DNA of 64,000 bases, from positions 376 to 64,375 of the forward strand of contig CAJWWR010000003.1 of the NCBI GenBank assembly GCA_913048245.1, read 5' to 3'. A program made the translations under genes and the position numbers. Below, one piece after another: positions 1 to 10,395 of the stretch (its first letter is position 1; the number at the start of each line of letters is the position of its first letter). The stretch is from an uncultured Prochlorococcus sp. Its GTDB lineage: Bacteria > Cyanobacteriota > Cyanobacteriia > PCC-6307 > Cyanobiaceae. The notes beneath the pieces were generated by a model. The model was not told the DNA's origin. It worked only from the letters and a program-made list of their open reading frames with translations, and searched no databases.

Positions 1-648
1 TAAATAAATAAATTCTTCGATATAGTTATGGTCGTGATCAGTATCTATATCAGAGTTGATATAATTTTTCAAAAACTCTTTAAGTTGATAATTTGATAGA
101 TTATTAAATCTTATTCTTTGACATCTTGATTTAATAGTGTCTAGTAATAAATTTAATTTTGAGGTTAATAAAATAAATAGACCATTCGAAGGTTCCTCTA
201 ATGTTTTCAGTAGGCAGTTTGACGCTGACTCATTAAGAAGATGCGCATCATCTATCAGAACAATTTTTTTATCAGCTTGAATTGATTTTTGACTAATGAA
301 ATATTTTGCATTTCTTATTTGATCGATTCTAATGATCGGTATAATATTTTTTTGTCTTTCTGATGCAAAGTTTGATTGTTTTATTAGTTGCCCTTTGTCT
401 AAAAAAGTTGGCTCAATAATTTCAAGATCTGGATGATTATTTTCACTGATTTTTTTTTCAGAATTTGAATTGAAATTATCTTTCAAAAGCAATGTTTTGA
501 TAAATTCTAGTGCAATTGCTTTTTTACCTATCCCTCTGGGACCGTAAAAAATGTATGCATTTGATAATTTATTATTCTGAATAATATTTTTAAGATGTTT
601 TCTTATATTTTCGTTATGCGTATATTTCAAATTAGACTGATTTTGCAT
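1..648 (-). CDS. holB: DNA polymerase III subunit delta' (partial, runs off the window start; not in ORF track)
   Basis: Manual translation from ATG at 648: MQNQSNLKY...AYIFYGPRGIGKK (Walker A)...NHPDL...IDDAHLLNESASNCLLKTLEEP...TIKSRCQ (clamp-loader motifs); downstream of tmk. Confidence 0.93.
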   Translation of the reverse strand, partial: MQNQSNLKYTHNENIRKHLKNIIQNNKLSNAYIFYGPRGIGKKAIALEFIKTLLLKDNFNSNSEKKISENNHPDLEIIEPTFLDKGQLIKQSNFASERQKNIIPIIRIDQIRNAKYFISQKSIQADKKIVLIDDAHLLNESASNCLLKTLEEPSNGLFILLTSKLNLLLDTIKSRCQRIRFNNLSNYQLKEFLKNYINSDIDTDHDHNYIEEFIYL

Positions 649-655
649 GATGAGT

Positions 656-1285
656 TTAACCAAAACTTTTTATTAAAATTTTTTTAATTTCATTGGTGAT
701 CTTATTAATTTCTTGTTTAGCAGAAACGATTTTCCAATTTTCTTCATTTGCAATCAAATGAAAACCTTCATTAACTTTATTAAGAAAATTAATTCCTTCA
801 GCTTCAATCCTATCTGGTTTCTTATTTTTTCTTCTTTCGACACTTATTTTTGATGGTATTTCCAGAAATATTGTTAAATCAGGCTTTAATCCTTGACAAA
901 CGATAGTTTCTAGCTGTTTTATCATTTCTATATTTAGACCTCTTCCATATCCTTGATAAGCGAGTGTTGAAGCTGAAAATCTATCGCTTATTACCCAATT
1001 TGAGTTCACTAATGCTGGTTTAATGACTTTTGCAATATGTTCTGATCTATCAGCTGAGTAAAGTAATAATTCGGTCAGTGGATCTGGATGATGAAAATTA
1101 TTCTTGCTCAGAAGTATTTCTCTTAATTTTTTGCCGAAGTTACTACCGCCTGGCTCTCTTGTTTTAATTAATTCTGATTTATCGCTCATTAAGCCACTTG
1201 AAGGCAACCACTTACAAATTTCTTCTATTTGTGTGGTCTTACCACAACCGTCAATTCCTTCTATTACAACAAATTTACCTTTCAT
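656..1285 (-). CDS. tmk: Thymidylate kinase
   Basis: [13 protein letters not shown]-loop, TREPGG, SDRF...AYQG, PDLTIFL motifs. Confidence 0.97.
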   Translation of the reverse strand: MKGKFVVIEGIDGCGKTTQIEEICKWLPSSGLMSDKSELIKTREPGGSNFGKKLREILLSKNNFHHPDPLTELLLYSADRSEHIAKVIKPALVNSNWVISDRFSASTLAYQGYGRGLNIEMIKQLETIVCQGLKPDLTIFLEIPSKISVERRKNKKPDRIEAEGINFLNKVNEGFHLIANEENWKIVSAKQEINKITNEIKKILIKSFG

Positions 1286-3579
1286 TATTTTAGAGATAAA
1301 GCATTTATTACCACTGTAATAGAACTTATTGCCATAAGTAACGCTGCAATAGATGGAGATAGAAGTATGCCAAACTTAGGAAATAAAGCACCTGCTGCTA
1401 GGGGTATGGCAATTAGATTGTAACCAAATGCCCAAAAAAGATTTTGTTTGATTTTGTTCATCGTTTTTCTTGCGAGCATTAATGCGTAATGTAAACCTTT
1501 TAATTTATTACCCATTAGTACAACATCAGCATTTGCTTTTGCTATTTGCGTTCCAGAACCAACTGCAATTCCTAAATTTGATGCTGCTAGGGCAGGAGCG
1601 TCATTAATCCCATCTCCTACCATCGCTACGCAATTATCTCTTTTAAGTATTTCTATATTTTTTAATTTTTCATCTGGTAGTAATTCCCATTTCAAGTTTT
1701 CATTAGAACAATTTACTAATTTCCCAATTTCTTGAACTGTTGCTTTTCTATCTCCACTTAAAATATGGATTTTGAAATTACTAATTTTTAATTGTTTTAT
1801 TGATTCACTACTATCCTCCCTAAGTGAATCACCAATCAACATTAGACCTAATAATTGATTCCCAACGCTCACTCCAATAGCTGTATTTTTATTCAAATTA
1901 TTTGAAGACATTACTTTTGCTAAATCCTCATTCATAGAGACTTCACAATCTTTAAGCCAATCAATACTTCCTACTTTTACCTCTTCTTCGATTGTTTCGA
2001 GCCTACCAATTATGCCTCGTCCAGATTCATTTTTTATTTCTAAGATATTAAAAAGTTGAAGATTTTGATTCTCCGCTTCAGTGATCAAAGCTTTTGCAAT
2101 TGGATGCCTACTTTGTTTTTCAAGACTTGCTGAGATTCTTAATAGGAATTCGTTATCATCACAAAATAGATAATCAACTATAAAAGGCCTACCTTCAGTT
2201 AATGTTCCTGTTTTATCGAAAATTACAGTATCAATTTTTGATGCAATTTCAATTTTTTCCCCGCTTTTAAATAAAATACCTTTTTTTGCGGCTTTCCCAG
2301 ACGCAACTGTTATTACTGTCGGTGTTGCCAATCCTAACGCGCATGGGCATGCTATTACTAAAACAGCAATTGAAAGCTGGATAGCTAGGCTTAATGATGT
2401 TTGTGCATATTCTCCTAAAGAATCATGAAGTGAGTGATGTGTACTTAAGATTAAATTGGTGTTGTTATTGAGCAAATCTGGCCAAATAATAATGGCGAAT
2501 TTCCACCAAAAGAAAAAAGTCAAAATAGCAGTTAGGAGAACAAAATAAGTGAACTTACCTGCAATAACATCAGTAAGCCTTTGTATCTGAGGTTTCTTAG
2601 ATTGAACAGATTCAATGAGATTTACTAACTTAGCTAATGATGTATTGGACCCAACTTTTATAACTTCTAGTTTTAATGTTGAATTTAAGTTTAATGAGCC
2701 GTTTAGCAGATTATCGCCTTTTTGAGCTTGTATTGGTTTAGCTTCTCCAGTTATATGCGATACATCAATGAGAGAGCTTCCTTCAATAACTACACAATCT
2801 GCAGGTATTCTATCTCCAGCAAGCACCTGTATATATTGACCCTCTTTTAAAGCATTAACTCTTATGGATTTAGTCCTATCATTTTTGTCAATTAATAATG
2901 TTGTTTCTGGCTGTAAATCAAGTAACTCTCCAATTGATGAGCTCGTTTGGTATTTTGCTCTATCTTCTAAGAATCTACCTAAAAGTATAAATCCTAGAAG
3001 CATTACTGGCTCATTAAAAAAACAGGGAAAGCCAATTGATGGTAATAGCAATGAAAGAATACTTGTGAAGTATGCACTAGTAACTCCTAGTGCGACCAGA
3101 GAATCCATGTCAGGTCTTCTTTTCCAGAAAGAAATGAACCCTTTTATAATTATTGGTCTTCCAGGAATGAGCAGGGATAAGGTTGCAATAAATGCATGAA
3201 AATAAATGCTTGCTAAAAGAGAAGAATTAATATATCCGCCCTCTGCTAGATGTCCTAATCCAGATAGAGTTAGTAATAAAAAGGCAAAATTAAGTTTTTT
3301 CCATTTATCAAACCACTTAGTTTTTTTTTCTAATTCTGCTTTATTAATTCTTTCTGAGAAGACATTATTATATATTTTGGATGGAAAGCCATTAGATCTC
3401 AAATTATCTAGGATATCTTCAAGATTCGAGTGGTTATTTTGTAAATTGAAGTAAGCACTTTCGGATAGTAAATTCACACTTACATTTTCTACTCCATCAG
3501 AGTTTTTAAGGATTCGTTCAACTGTCTGAACGCATCCTCCACATTTCATTCCACTAACGTTTAGCTGTATAGTCTTCAT
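1285..3579 (-). CDS. ctaA: Cu(I)-translocating P1B-type ATPase (CtaA/PAA1-like)
   Basis: N-terminal GMKCGGC metal-binding domain, [27 protein letters not shown] and MxxSS transmembrane motifs; stop overlaps the tmk ATG by 1 nt. Confidence 0.9.
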   Translation of the reverse strand: MKTIQLNVSGMKCGGCVQTVERILKNSDGVENVSVNLLSESAYFNLQNNHSNLEDILDNLRSNGFPSKIYNNVFSERINKAELEKKTKWFDKWKKLNFAFLLLTLSGLGHLAEGGYINSSLLASIYFHAFIATLSLLIPGRPIIIKGFISFWKRRPDMDSLVALGVTSAYFTSILSLLLPSIGFPCFFNEPVMLLGFILLGRFLEDRAKYQTSSSIGELLDLQPETTLLIDKNDRTKSIRVNALKEGQYIQVLAGDRIPADCVVIEGSSLIDVSHITGEAKPIQAQKGDNLLNGSLNLNSTLKLEVIKVGSNTSLAKLVNLIESVQSKKPQIQRLTDVIAGKFTYFVLLTAILTFFFWWKFAIIIWPDLLNNNTNLILSTHHSLHDSLGEYAQTSLSLAIQLSIAVLVIACPCALGLATPTVITVASGKAAKKGILFKSGEKIEIASKIDTVIFDKTGTLTEGRPFIVDYLFCDDNEFLLRISASLEKQSRHPIAKALITEAENQNLQLFNILEIKNESGRGIIGRLETIEEEVKVGSIDWLKDCEVSMNEDLAKVMSSNNLNKNTAIGVSVGNQLLGLMLIGDSLREDSSESIKQLKISNFKIHILSGDRKATVQEIGKLVNCSNENLKWELLPDEKLKNIEILKRDNCVAMVGDGINDAPALAASNLGIAVGSGTQIAKANADVVLMGNKLKGLHYALMLARKTMNKIKQNLFWAFGYNLIAIPLAAGALFPKFGILLSPSIAALLMAISSITVVINALSLK

Positions 3580-3702
3580 TTTTTTATGATTTTGACTAGT
3601 ATATTTAAATTAATTAAATGTTTATTATTTATAATAATCAATAAACATGTTAATTTTAAGTATTTAAGTCTTAATTAACTTATTTGATATTGGATTTTTA
3701 AA

Positions 3703-4224
3703 GTGCCTAGCAACCAAAACAGAGACAATTTTATAGACAAAGCGTTTACCGTAATTGCCGAGTCTATTGTAAAGATCATGCCCATAGCAGATAAAGAAAA
3801 AAAAGCATATATTTATTATCGTGATGGTTTAGCTGCTCAAAATAATGGTGATTATTCAGAGGCTTTAGACTATTACAAAGAAAGTTTATTGTTGGAGGAA
3901 AGTCCGATAGATAGAGGTGAAACTTTAAAAAATATGGCAATAATTTATATGAGCAATGGCGAAGAAGAATTAGCAATTGAAACTTATCAGAGAGCTTTAG
4001 TTGAAAATCCTAAGCAACCTTCATGCCTTAAAAATATTGGCTTGATTTATGAAAAGAGAGGTCGAAATGCGGAACAAAATGGTGACTTGGATCAAAGAGA
4101 TATTTGGTTAGATAAAACTGCTGAGGTTTGGACAAAAGCCGTAAGATTATACCCAGGTGGTTATTTAGATATCGAAAATTGGTTGAAAACATCTGGAAGA
4201 AGTTCCATTGATATATACCTATAA
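3703..4224 (+). CDS. ycf3: Photosystem I assembly protein Ycf3 (TPR)
   Basis: NFIDKAFTV...YYRDG...[17 protein letters not shown]; GTG start. Confidence 0.96.
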   Translation: MPSNQNRDNFIDKAFTVIAESIVKIMPIADKEKKAYIYYRDGLAAQNNGDYSEALDYYKESLLLEESPIDRGETLKNMAIIYMSNGEEELAIETYQRALVENPKQPSCLKNIGLIYEKRGRNAEQNGDLDQRDIWLDKTAEVWTKAVRLYPGGYLDIENWLKTSGRSSIDIYL

Positions 4225-4228
4225 ATTC

Positions 4229-5581
4229 CTAATTGTTTTCTAGACCTCTATTGAAAGCTTCCCTAATATTTTGAACTTCCAAAATTTTTATATTTTGATA
4301 TTTTTTTTTAGAATCATTATCTGTTTTTGGAACCATTATGTTTTTGAAACCTAATCTAATACTTTCTTCAATTCTTTGTTCCATGTAATTGGTTTTTCTG
4401 ACTTGTCCATTTAGGCCTATTTCACCAATGAATGAACAATCTTGTAATGGCTTAATATTTTTGTGACTTGATATCAACGAGATTGCAATACCCAAGTCTG
4501 AGGATGGATCATTAATGTCAAAACCTCCTGCTGTAGCAATATAACAATCATACTGAGCAAGTTTAAAGCCTAGAGACTTTTCAATTACGGCAAGGATTTG
4601 ATGTAGTCTATTTAGTTGAATACCTGTGGTTGTTCTTCTGGGATTGTTATAGAAGCTTTTATTTACTAATGCCTGAATATCTACCGCAAAACATCTTGTA
4701 CCTTCTCTAGTTATTGTTGTAGCTAAGCCTGCAACGTTTTCATTATTTGTAAAATTTGCACTAGTATTTAAAACCTCTTGTAATCCATTTTCTTGCATGT
4801 CAAATATTCCGATTTCTAAAGTTGCTCCAAATCTATTTTTTATGCTTCTAAGTAGTCTATGAGAGCCAATTTGATCTCCTTCGAAATTTAGTACAACATC
4901 CACAAGATGTTCAAGCGTCTTAGGTCCTGCTAAGCTTCCTTCTTTAGTTACATGACCAATAATTAGGATCGTAATGCCATATTCTTTAGCTAAATGTTGG
5001 AGATCGTTAGAACATGATCTTACTTGCGAAACAGAGCCAGATGAACTTTCCATTTCAAGGTTATTGATTGCTTGAATACTATCTATAATTGCTAGAGAGG
5101 GTCTTGCATTCTTGATTTCTTGAATAATTACAGCGAGATTATTTTCTGAGAAAATTTTTAAGTTTTCACTTTTCTCGTCTAATCTATCCCATCTAATTTT
5201 TACTTGTTCCAGCGATTCTTCTGCAGAAATATATAAAACTTTTTTTGACATTGAAATTTTGGATGCTGCTTGAAGAACTAACGTGCTTTTACCGATTCCA
5301 GGTTCACCGCCCAATAACGCGAAAGATCCATACACAAAACCACCTCCAAGAACCCTGTCAAATTCCTTAAATCCGCTTTTGATTCTAGATATTTTCTGGA
5401 TTTTAATTTCCTCTAATGATCTAGGTTTATTTGTAGAATTCTCAATTAAATGTTTTGATTTAGAGCTTTTCTTTTCTTCAATAATTGAATTCCATGATTT
5501 GCAATTTCTGCATTTTCCAAAGAATTGAGAAGTTATATAACCACAATTTTGACAAACGTAACATGAGGATTTACTTGACAT
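4229..5581 (-). CDS. radA: DNA repair protein RadA/Sms
   Basis: CQNC/CRNC Zn finger, GEPGIGKS, KNRFG motif, Lon-like C-terminus; start moved to ATG 5581 (MSSKSS) from the ORF-track 5638. Confidence 0.96.
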   Translation of the reverse strand: MSSKSSCYVCQNCGYITSQFFGKCRNCKSWNSIIEEKKSSKSKHLIENSTNKPRSLEEIKIQKISRIKSGFKEFDRVLGGGFVYGSFALLGGEPGIGKSTLVLQAASKISMSKKVLYISAEESLEQVKIRWDRLDEKSENLKIFSENNLAVIIQEIKNARPSLAIIDSIQAINNLEMESSSGSVSQVRSCSNDLQHLAKEYGITILIIGHVTKEGSLAGPKTLEHLVDVVLNFEGDQIGSHRLLRSIKNRFGATLEIGIFDMQENGLQEVLNTSANFTNNENVAGLATTITREGTRCFAVDIQALVNKSFYNNPRRTTTGIQLNRLHQILAVIEKSLGFKLAQYDCYIATAGGFDINDPSSDLGIAISLISSHKNIKPLQDCSFIGEIGLNGQVRKTNYMEQRIEESIRLGFKNIMVPKTDNDSKKKYQNIKILEVQNIREAFNRGLENN

Positions 5582-5689
5582 TTTATAATTCTGAAGAGAT
5601 AAACTAACTAAGATATTTGGGATTTGGACCCTTAACAAGTTAGATTAGGTTAAGGTTAAATTCTCTCACTGATTAGCTAATAACAACAA

Positions 5690-6436
5690 ATGGCTGCATC
5701 AAGTCAAACAAAAGAAACAATTCTTGTCGCTGATGATGAGGCAAGTATCAGAAGAATTCTAGAGACTAGACTTTCTATGATTGGTTATAAAGTAGTAACC
5801 GCTTCTGATGGTAAAGAGGCTCTAAAGCTTTTTAAAGATTATGAGCCTGATTTGGTAGTTCTGGACGTAATGATGCCAAAACTTGATGGCTATGGTGTTT
5901 GTCAAGAGTTGCGAAAAGATTCAGATGTACCTATTGTCATGTTGACTGCATTGGGTGATGTAGCTGATAGGATTACTGGTTTGGAATTGGGAGCTGATGA
6001 TTATGTAGTAAAACCTTTTAGTCCAAAAGAGCTCGAGGCAAGAATTAGATGTGTATTAAGGAGAATAGATAAAGAGCAAATTGCTGGTATGCCAAATTCA
6101 GGATTAATACAAGTCACTGATATAAAAATAGATACTAATCGAAGACAAGTTTTTAAAAGTGATGAAAGAATACGTCTAACTGGTATGGAATTTAGCCTTC
6201 TTGAGTTACTTGTAAGTCGATCTGGAGAACCATTTAGCCGTGGCGAAATTCTTAAGGAGGTTTGGGGATATACTCCTGAAAGACATGTAGATACAAGAGT
6301 TGTTGATGTTCATATATCGAGGTTGAGGTCAAAATTGGAAGCTGATCCAGCCAACCCAGAACTAATATTGACTGCTCGAGGGACTGGCTATCTATTTCAG
6401 AGAATTGTTGATCTAGCTCCTTATGAAGGGAAATAA
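5690..6436 (+). CDS. rpaB: OmpR-family response regulator RpaB (Ycf27)
   Basis: DDEASIRRILETRLSMIGY receiver domain, DTRVVDVHISRLR, LILTARGTGY. Confidence 0.95.
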   Translation: MAASSQTKETILVADDEASIRRILETRLSMIGYKVVTASDGKEALKLFKDYEPDLVVLDVMMPKLDGYGVCQELRKDSDVPIVMLTALGDVADRITGLELGADDYVVKPFSPKELEARIRCVLRRIDKEQIAGMPNSGLIQVTDIKIDTNRRQVFKSDERIRLTGMEFSLLELLVSRSGEPFSRGEILKEVWGYTPERHVDTRVVDVHISRLRSKLEADPANPELILTARGTGYLFQRIVDLAPYEGK

Positions 6437-7789
6437 ATGAGAAAAGATTTTTACCCAAAAAAGACTCAATCTAGGGCTATACGAAGACTAGTTATTTGGT
6501 ACAAGAGGAATGCAGCAGTCACTTCTTTAGTTGATACTGCAACTAATGCAAGTAATGTTGCGAGCAATGTAGCAGGCAATGTGGCTGGTAATGTTGTTTC
6601 CAGTGCGGGTTCTGTAGTTAATACTGCTACCACAGTGGTATCCTCAGCAAGTTCTATAGCTCGCAATACTTTACAGCCATTAGTCTTTGATCCATTAAAA
6701 AGACTTCAGAATTCAGATGATACAACTGCATATGAAGGTGAAAATAATTCCAAGAGAATTTGGATTGCTGTTGATGGCATGGGCGGTGATCATGCGCCAG
6801 GTCCAATTCTTGAGGGATGCCTTGATGCAATTTCCCGATTTCCTATTAATATAAAATTTGTTGGTCAAATTGATTCAATTAGAGAAGAAGCAAAAAAAAT
6901 AGGTCTCTATGAATCAATGGAAAATGAGATTCTCAATAATCGCTTGGAGTTAATAGATAGTGGTGCGGCAATTGGCATGAATGAGGAGGCGACAGCTGTA
7001 AGAAAAAGAAAGGATGCAAGTATTAATGTTGCAATGAACTTAGTCAAAGAAAATAAGGCTCAGGCTGTATATTCTGCTGGTAATTCTGGTGCTCTTATGG
7101 CCTCGGCTATTTTCAGGGTGGGACGATTGAAAGGGATTGAACGCCCAGCAATTGGTGCATTATTTCCAACTAGAGATCAAAGCCGACCTGTACTAGTACT
7201 TGATGTTGGTGCTAATACTGATTGCAAGCCATCTTATTTATATCAATTTGCCTTACTAGGGAATATCTATGCAAAAGACGTTTTACAAATTGCGAAACCC
7301 AAAATTGGATTATTGAATATTGGAGAGGAAGATTGTAAAGGTAATGAATTATCTCTAAAGACTTTTAAATTGCTTTCTAATAATAAGACTATTAATTTTG
7401 TAGGTAATTGTGAAGGTCGAGATGTCTTGACAGGGGAATTTGATGTTGTTGTATGTGATGGTTTTACAGGGAATGTCTTACTGAAATTCTTAGAATCAGT
7501 GGGAGGTGTATTATTAGATATTCTAAGATCCGAATTACCAAGAGGCAGGAGAGGTAAGGTAGGATCAGCTTTCTTGAGAAGTAATCTTTTAAGAATTAAG
7601 AAAAGATTAGATCATGCAGAGCATGGAGGGGCTTTATTACTTGGTGTAAATGGAATTTGTGTTATTGGCCATGGAAGTAGCAAATCTCTATCTGTTGTAA
7701 GTGCACTTCGCTTGGCTCATTCAGCCGTGAGTCATGATGTTATGGAACATTTAACTCAACTTCAAAATCTTCCAGTTTCAGATTCTTAA
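6437..7789 (+). CDS. plsX: Phosphate acyltransferase PlsX with long N-terminal extension
   Basis: IAVDGMGGD begins at about aa 110; SAGNSGA, LDVGAN, VCDGFTGN, GHGSS motifs; ATG directly follows the rpaB stop. Confidence 0.95.
   Translation: MRKDFYPKKTQSRAIRRLVIWYKRNAAVTSLVDTATNASNVASNVAGNVAGNVVSSAGSVVNTATTVVSSASSIARNTLQPLVFDPLKRLQNSDDTTAYEGENNSKRIWIAVDGMGGDHAPGPILEGCLDAISRFPINIKFVGQIDSIREEAKKIGLYESMENEILNNRLELIDSGAAIGMNEEATAVRKRKDASINVAMNLVKENKAQAVYSAGNSGALMASAIFRVGRLKGIERPAIGALFPTRDQSRPVLVLDVGANTDCKPSYLYQFALLGNIYAKDVLQIAKPKIGLLNIGEEDCKGNELSLKTFKLLSNNKTINFVGNCEGRDVLTGEFDVVVCDGFTGNVLLKFLESVGGVLLDILRSELPRGRRGKVGSAFLRSNLLRIKKRLDHAEHGGALLLGVNGICVIGHGSSKSLSVVSALRLAHSAVSHDVMEHLTQLQNLPVSDS
6548..6595 (+). 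repeat. Four imperfect in-frame 12-bp tandem repeats encoding A(S/G)NV x4 in the PlsX N-terminus
   Basis: GCAAGTAATGTT / GCGAGCAATGTA / GCAGGCAATGTG / GCTGGTAATGTT. Confidence 0.85.
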
Positions 7790-7841
7790 ACATATTTTGT
7801 CTGATTTGTGGTTGACTAATATAAGTAATTAAAAAACTTTC

Positions 7842-8849
7842 TTGGGAGAAACTAATCTAAGTCAATTTGGTATTACTTTCAAAGGTAGTGGAAGTTATAT
7901 ACCTAAGCAAATTCTTACTAATGAAGATCTTAGTAGGATAGTTGATACAAGTGATAAATGGATTAAAACAAGGACAGGTATCTCAAAAAGAAGAATATCT
8001 AGTATTCATGAATCTGTTTGTCAAATGGGTTATGAGGCTGCTTTGCGTGCAATGGAAATGGCCAATTGGTCACCCGATACAATTGATTTGATTTTATTGG
8101 CTACCTCCACGCCAAATGATTTATTTGGATCTGCTCCCAGAATACAATCTAAACTTGGTGCTAAGAATGCAACCGCATTTGATCTTACTGCTGCATGTAG
8201 CGGATTTTTGTTTTCATTAATTACAGGAGCTCAATATTTACAAAATGGAAGTTTTAAAAGAGCATTAATTATTGGTGCTGATCAATTATCAAGTTATGTT
8301 AATTGGCTAGACAGAGGAAGTTGTATACTTTTTGGAGACGGAGCTGGGGCATTAGCTATTGAGGCCAGTGACGATATAAATAATTTTTATGGATTCCAAA
8401 TGAAGACTGATGGAGAAAGAGGTGGCTTTTTAAATCTATCTGTTTGTGGAAGTGAAGAAGAAATAATCGATGATATTAAAGTTAATAAAGGTAAATTTTC
8501 AAATATCACTATGAATGGACAAGAAGTATATAAATTCGCTGTAAGAGAGGTACCAATAGTAATAGATAATCTTTTAAAGCAACTTAATTACAATTCTTCC
8601 GAAGTTGATTGGCTCTTATTACATCAAGCAAACCAAAGGATTTTGGATGCAGTTGGTGAAAGACTAAATATACCTAAAGAGAAGGTATTGAGTAATTTAA
8701 ATAATTATGGTAATACATCTGCAGGCACTATCCCGTTAATGTTGGATGAATCAATAAGAAATAAGAAAGTTAAACAAAACGATCTTATTGCTACTAGTGG
8801 CTTTGGTGCTGGGTTAAGTTGGGGTGCAGCCCTATTTAGATGGGGTTGA
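7842..8849 (+). CDS. fabH: 3-oxoacyl-ACP synthase III
   Basis: AACSGF, FGDGAGA, HQAN, GNTSA, GFGAGLSWG; TTG start. Confidence 0.96.
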   Translation: MGETNLSQFGITFKGSGSYIPKQILTNEDLSRIVDTSDKWIKTRTGISKRRISSIHESVCQMGYEAALRAMEMANWSPDTIDLILLATSTPNDLFGSAPRIQSKLGAKNATAFDLTAACSGFLFSLITGAQYLQNGSFKRALIIGADQLSSYVNWLDRGSCILFGDGAGALAIEASDDINNFYGFQMKTDGERGGFLNLSVCGSEEEIIDDIKVNKGKFSNITMNGQEVYKFAVREVPIVIDNLLKQLNYNSSEVDWLLLHQANQRILDAVGERLNIPKEKVLSNLNNYGNTSAGTIPLMLDESIRNKKVKQNDLIATSGFGAGLSWGAALFRWG

Positions 8850-8868
8850 AAATTATTTAAAGATTATT

Positions 8869-9765
8869 ATGAAAAATGCATGGGTTTTTCCTGGGCAAGG
8901 ATCCCAAAAAATGGGTATGGCTCAAGATGTTATTGACTTAATAGATGCAGAAGAACGATTTAAATATGCATCAGAAGTTTTTAATAAAGACTTATTCGAG
9001 ATTTGCCAAAAGTCCGATCCTAATAATTTACCTGAATTTGATTTGAATAATACTAAGAATACTCAAATATGTCTCTTTCTGGTTGAATCAATCTTGCTGG
9101 ATGCTCTTAAAGAAAATGGCCACAAACCAGATTTTGTAGCTGGACATAGCCTTGGTGAAATTACTGCCCTATACGCTGGGGATGTGTTGTCTTTTAAAGA
9201 TTGTGTTTCGTTGATTAAAGTCCGTGCAGAATTAATGGCCAATGCAGATGAAGGAAGTATGGCGGCAATAATTGGTTTTGATCGATCAGAATTAGATTCT
9301 TTAATGCAAGGCATAGATAACCTTGTTATTGCGAATGATAATAGTAATTCCCAAGTTGTTTTGTCTGGTAGTAGAAAAGAACTAGATAAAGTTCCTTCTC
9401 TTATAAAATGTAAAAGATTTGTTCTTTTAAATGTATCAGGGGCATTTCATTCGCACTTTATGAGAGAACCATCAGAAAAATTCTCAGAATATTTAGATAA
9501 TGTTGTTTTTAATGAATCAACATATCAAATCATTAGTAATTCATGTCCTACACTTTCTAATAATTCTCAAGAACTGAAGGCTAGATTAAAAATGCAAATG
9601 TGTAATGGTGTTAGGTGGAGGGAAACTATGGACTTAATTAGTAAACAAGATGATGACATAAACATTATTGAAATAGGTCCATCAAATGTACTGGGAGGTC
9701 TAGCAAAAAGACACCTCAAAGGGGCCTCTATCACTCAAGTATCATCTTCCGAAAAGATTTATTGA
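8869..9765 (+). CDS. fabD: Malonyl-CoA:ACP transacylase
   Basis: FPGQGSQ, GHSLGE, VSGAFHS, EIGP; start set at ATG 8869. Confidence 0.96.
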   Translation: MKNAWVFPGQGSQKMGMAQDVIDLIDAEERFKYASEVFNKDLFEICQKSDPNNLPEFDLNNTKNTQICLFLVESILLDALKENGHKPDFVAGHSLGEITALYAGDVLSFKDCVSLIKVRAELMANADEGSMAAIIGFDRSELDSLMQGIDNLVIANDNSNSQVVLSGSRKELDKVPSLIKCKRFVLLNVSGAFHSHFMREPSEKFSEYLDNVVFNESTYQIISNSCPTLSNNSQELKARLKMQMCNGVRWRETMDLISKQDDDINIIEIGPSNVLGGLAKRHLKGASITQVSSSEKIY

Positions 9766-9767
9766 AT

Positions 9768-10385
9768 ATGAAATCAGGTTTCTGTCAAAAGCTGATTTAC
9801 AATATAGTCAGTTTCTTTTTTGTATTTCCAGTTTATAGATTATTTTTTAGGGGAGTGCTTATTGGAGCAAATAATATTCCAAAAAAGGAATCATTTATAG
9901 TCGTATCAAATCATGGATCTTTACTTGATCCTCCTTTATTGGGACATGCTTTGGGAGTAAAGATTTCATTTATGGCTAAGCAAGAACTATTTCGAATACC
10001 TTTGCTTTCGCAAATAATAATTGCCTGTGGAGCCTATCCAGTTAAAAGAGGCATTGCAGATAAGAATTCTATACTCATTGCGACTCAGAAATTAGCAACA
10101 AATAATGTTATTGGTATTTTTATTGATGGCACTCGACAAAAAGATGGACGTGTTAACAAACCAAAAAATGGAGCTGCTTTAATTTCTGCTAAAACTCAAA
10201 AAAAATTATTACCTGTTGCCATTATTAATTCTCACAGATTAATTAGGTTTAAATTCTTTCTCCCTATTTTCAATAGGGTAGTTATAAAAATAGGAAAACC
10301 AATAGCATCTCCAGGAAATAATAAAGAGGATATTAAAATGACTACAAATAAACTTAAAGATGAGATTAATAGGTTAATAAATTAA
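9768..10385 (+). CDS. plsC: 1-acyl-sn-glycerol-3-phosphate acyltransferase
   Basis: NHGSLLDP (HX4D), FMAKQELF, FIDGTR; in the fab operon. Confidence 0.92.
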   Translation: MKSGFCQKLIYNIVSFFFVFPVYRLFFRGVLIGANNIPKKESFIVVSNHGSLLDPPLLGHALGVKISFMAKQELFRIPLLSQIIIACGAYPVKRGIADKNSILIATQKLATNNVIGIFIDGTRQKDGRVNKPKNGAALISAKTQKKLLPVAIINSHRLIRFKFFLPIFNRVVIKIGKPIASPGNNKEDIKMTTNKLKDEINRLIN

Positions 10386-10395
10386 TATTTTTGTT

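Noticed and set aside
3627-3645. Fur-box-like sequence upstream of ctaA/ycf3
   Set aside because: Only 12 of 19 positions match GATAATGATAATCATTATC, which is not meaningful in such AT-rich DNA.
5630-5660. GGTTAA-GGTTAA repeat upstream of rpaB as an autoregulatory site
   Set aside because: It does not match the TTACA-based HLR1 consensus or spacing and is too short to support.
6466-6666. Antisense ORF with LPATLPATLLATLL repeats
   Set aside because: It is simply the reverse complement of the plsX A(S/G)NV repeats.
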